The position numbers were made by a program, and so were the translations under genes. From positions 62,001-82,197 of the forward strand of contig JALAGF010003802.1 in NCBI GenBank assembly GCA_030167865.1: a DNA stretch of 20,197 bases, read 5' to 3'. Under the pieces are notes generated by a model. It was not told where the DNA came from. It did no database searches and saw only the letters and a list, made by a program, of their open reading frames with translations. Shown here piece after piece: positions 19,437 through 20,197 of the stretch (position 1 is its first letter; the number at the start of each line of letters is the position of its first letter). This DNA is from Craspedostauros australis (taxonomy: Eukaryota).

Positions 19437-20197
19437 GAGGGGTTCGAGTGGCCCCAGAAGTTGGGTACTGGGACACGCCGGGCTGTCCGAATTCCAGGGG
19501 GAGCCCCGCTATTGAAACTTGTCTGGACGCAATGGAGACAGCCACTNTCGTGGGGATTTAGGTCTTTGCAATGCCCATGTGACGTCACGATTCGCTTTCT
19601 TCCTTCCCTGTTTCCCACACTGTTTCGTCAAACTGTTTGTTTCCTCATGGTGCCAACATAGTTTTTCGCATTTTTGCCCAATCTGAACCAAAATGATTGA
19701 TTCGATTGTCCAGATCTCTCTCTTTTTGCATCTCTTGTACGCGAATCATCGCATGATTCTTGTCTCTTCTTGTTGACTTATGTAAAAACAATGCACACTG
19801 TTAAAAAATAAGGACGATAATGCCAAAACTTGAGTACTTTGATCCGTGGTCTATTCGCGTTGTTGGCAAGAGGAGGAACGTTGGTTTCTTGTGTGGCAAT
19901 CCATGCTCAACTCTCAACACAACTCATTCAGAAACTCGTTGACAACACTGCCAATTGCCACTACCTCCTCCCTCCCTTCCTTCCAAGTCAACTTCATCTG
20001 CAGAGCAAGTATGTAGCTCATGTGGAAGTGGGATCGAGAGTGGAAGAAGAAGCATGTCACGCCAAGAACCCAAGCCATGCCAACAAACAATCCCCAACAA
20101 CAAATAGACTCCCACACAACAGTCTCCCACCCTCTCATACTCAGCTGTGCCAGACTTGGCATTCAACAAACACCCATCCATCTATCCATCCCTGCCA
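19437..20197. mobile_element. Possible end of a decayed repeat or transposable element (unclassified)
   Basis: GC-rich self-complementary block right after TTA (19434-19436), an ambiguous N at 19547, T-tract-rich following sequence and strong CpG depletion in the last ~320 nt. No transposase motif or second terminus is visible. Confidence 0.3.

Noticed and set aside
19439..19508. Canonical tRNA gene
   Set aside because: It has an acceptor-like stem but no T-arm at the 3' side, no proper D-loop GG spacing and no 7-nt anticodon loop.
1..20197. CRISPR array, operon or prokaryotic defence system
   Set aside because: No regularly spaced direct repeats; the genes are eukaryotic, spliced and separately spaced.

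Overview
Eukaryotic nuclear DNA, most likely from a diatom. The evidence is short GT-AG introns, a signal peptide ending in the ASAFAP-type plastid motif (TSA-F), a DUF6824-type domain and a diatom-typical small helical protein. I can support eight protein-coding genes: (1) an actin-related protein, probably Arp10/Arp11-like, cut by the window edge on the minus strand and absent from the ORF track; (2) a 142-aa helical hypothetical protein; (3) an FKBP with large acidic loop insertions; (4) a Nop6-like RRM protein with an apparent hnRNP Q/SYNCRIP-type acidic (NURR) domain; (5) a plastid-targeted ketopantoate reductase; (6, 7) two adjacent spliced ~1000-aa disordered PDZ proteins, both with basic-aromatic segments at or near the C-terminus; (8) a CRAL-TRIO-like plus DUF6824 protein. 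The last ~770 nt look like the edge of a repeat or transposon: a structured GC-rich block followed by CpG depletion. No tRNA, rRNA, CRISPR array or prokaryote-type system was seen. I found no convincing new multi-gene system. The best leads are the tandem PDZ pair, the RRM+NURR architecture, the plastid PanE and the terminal element. All family assignments come from motif recognition from memory, not database searches.
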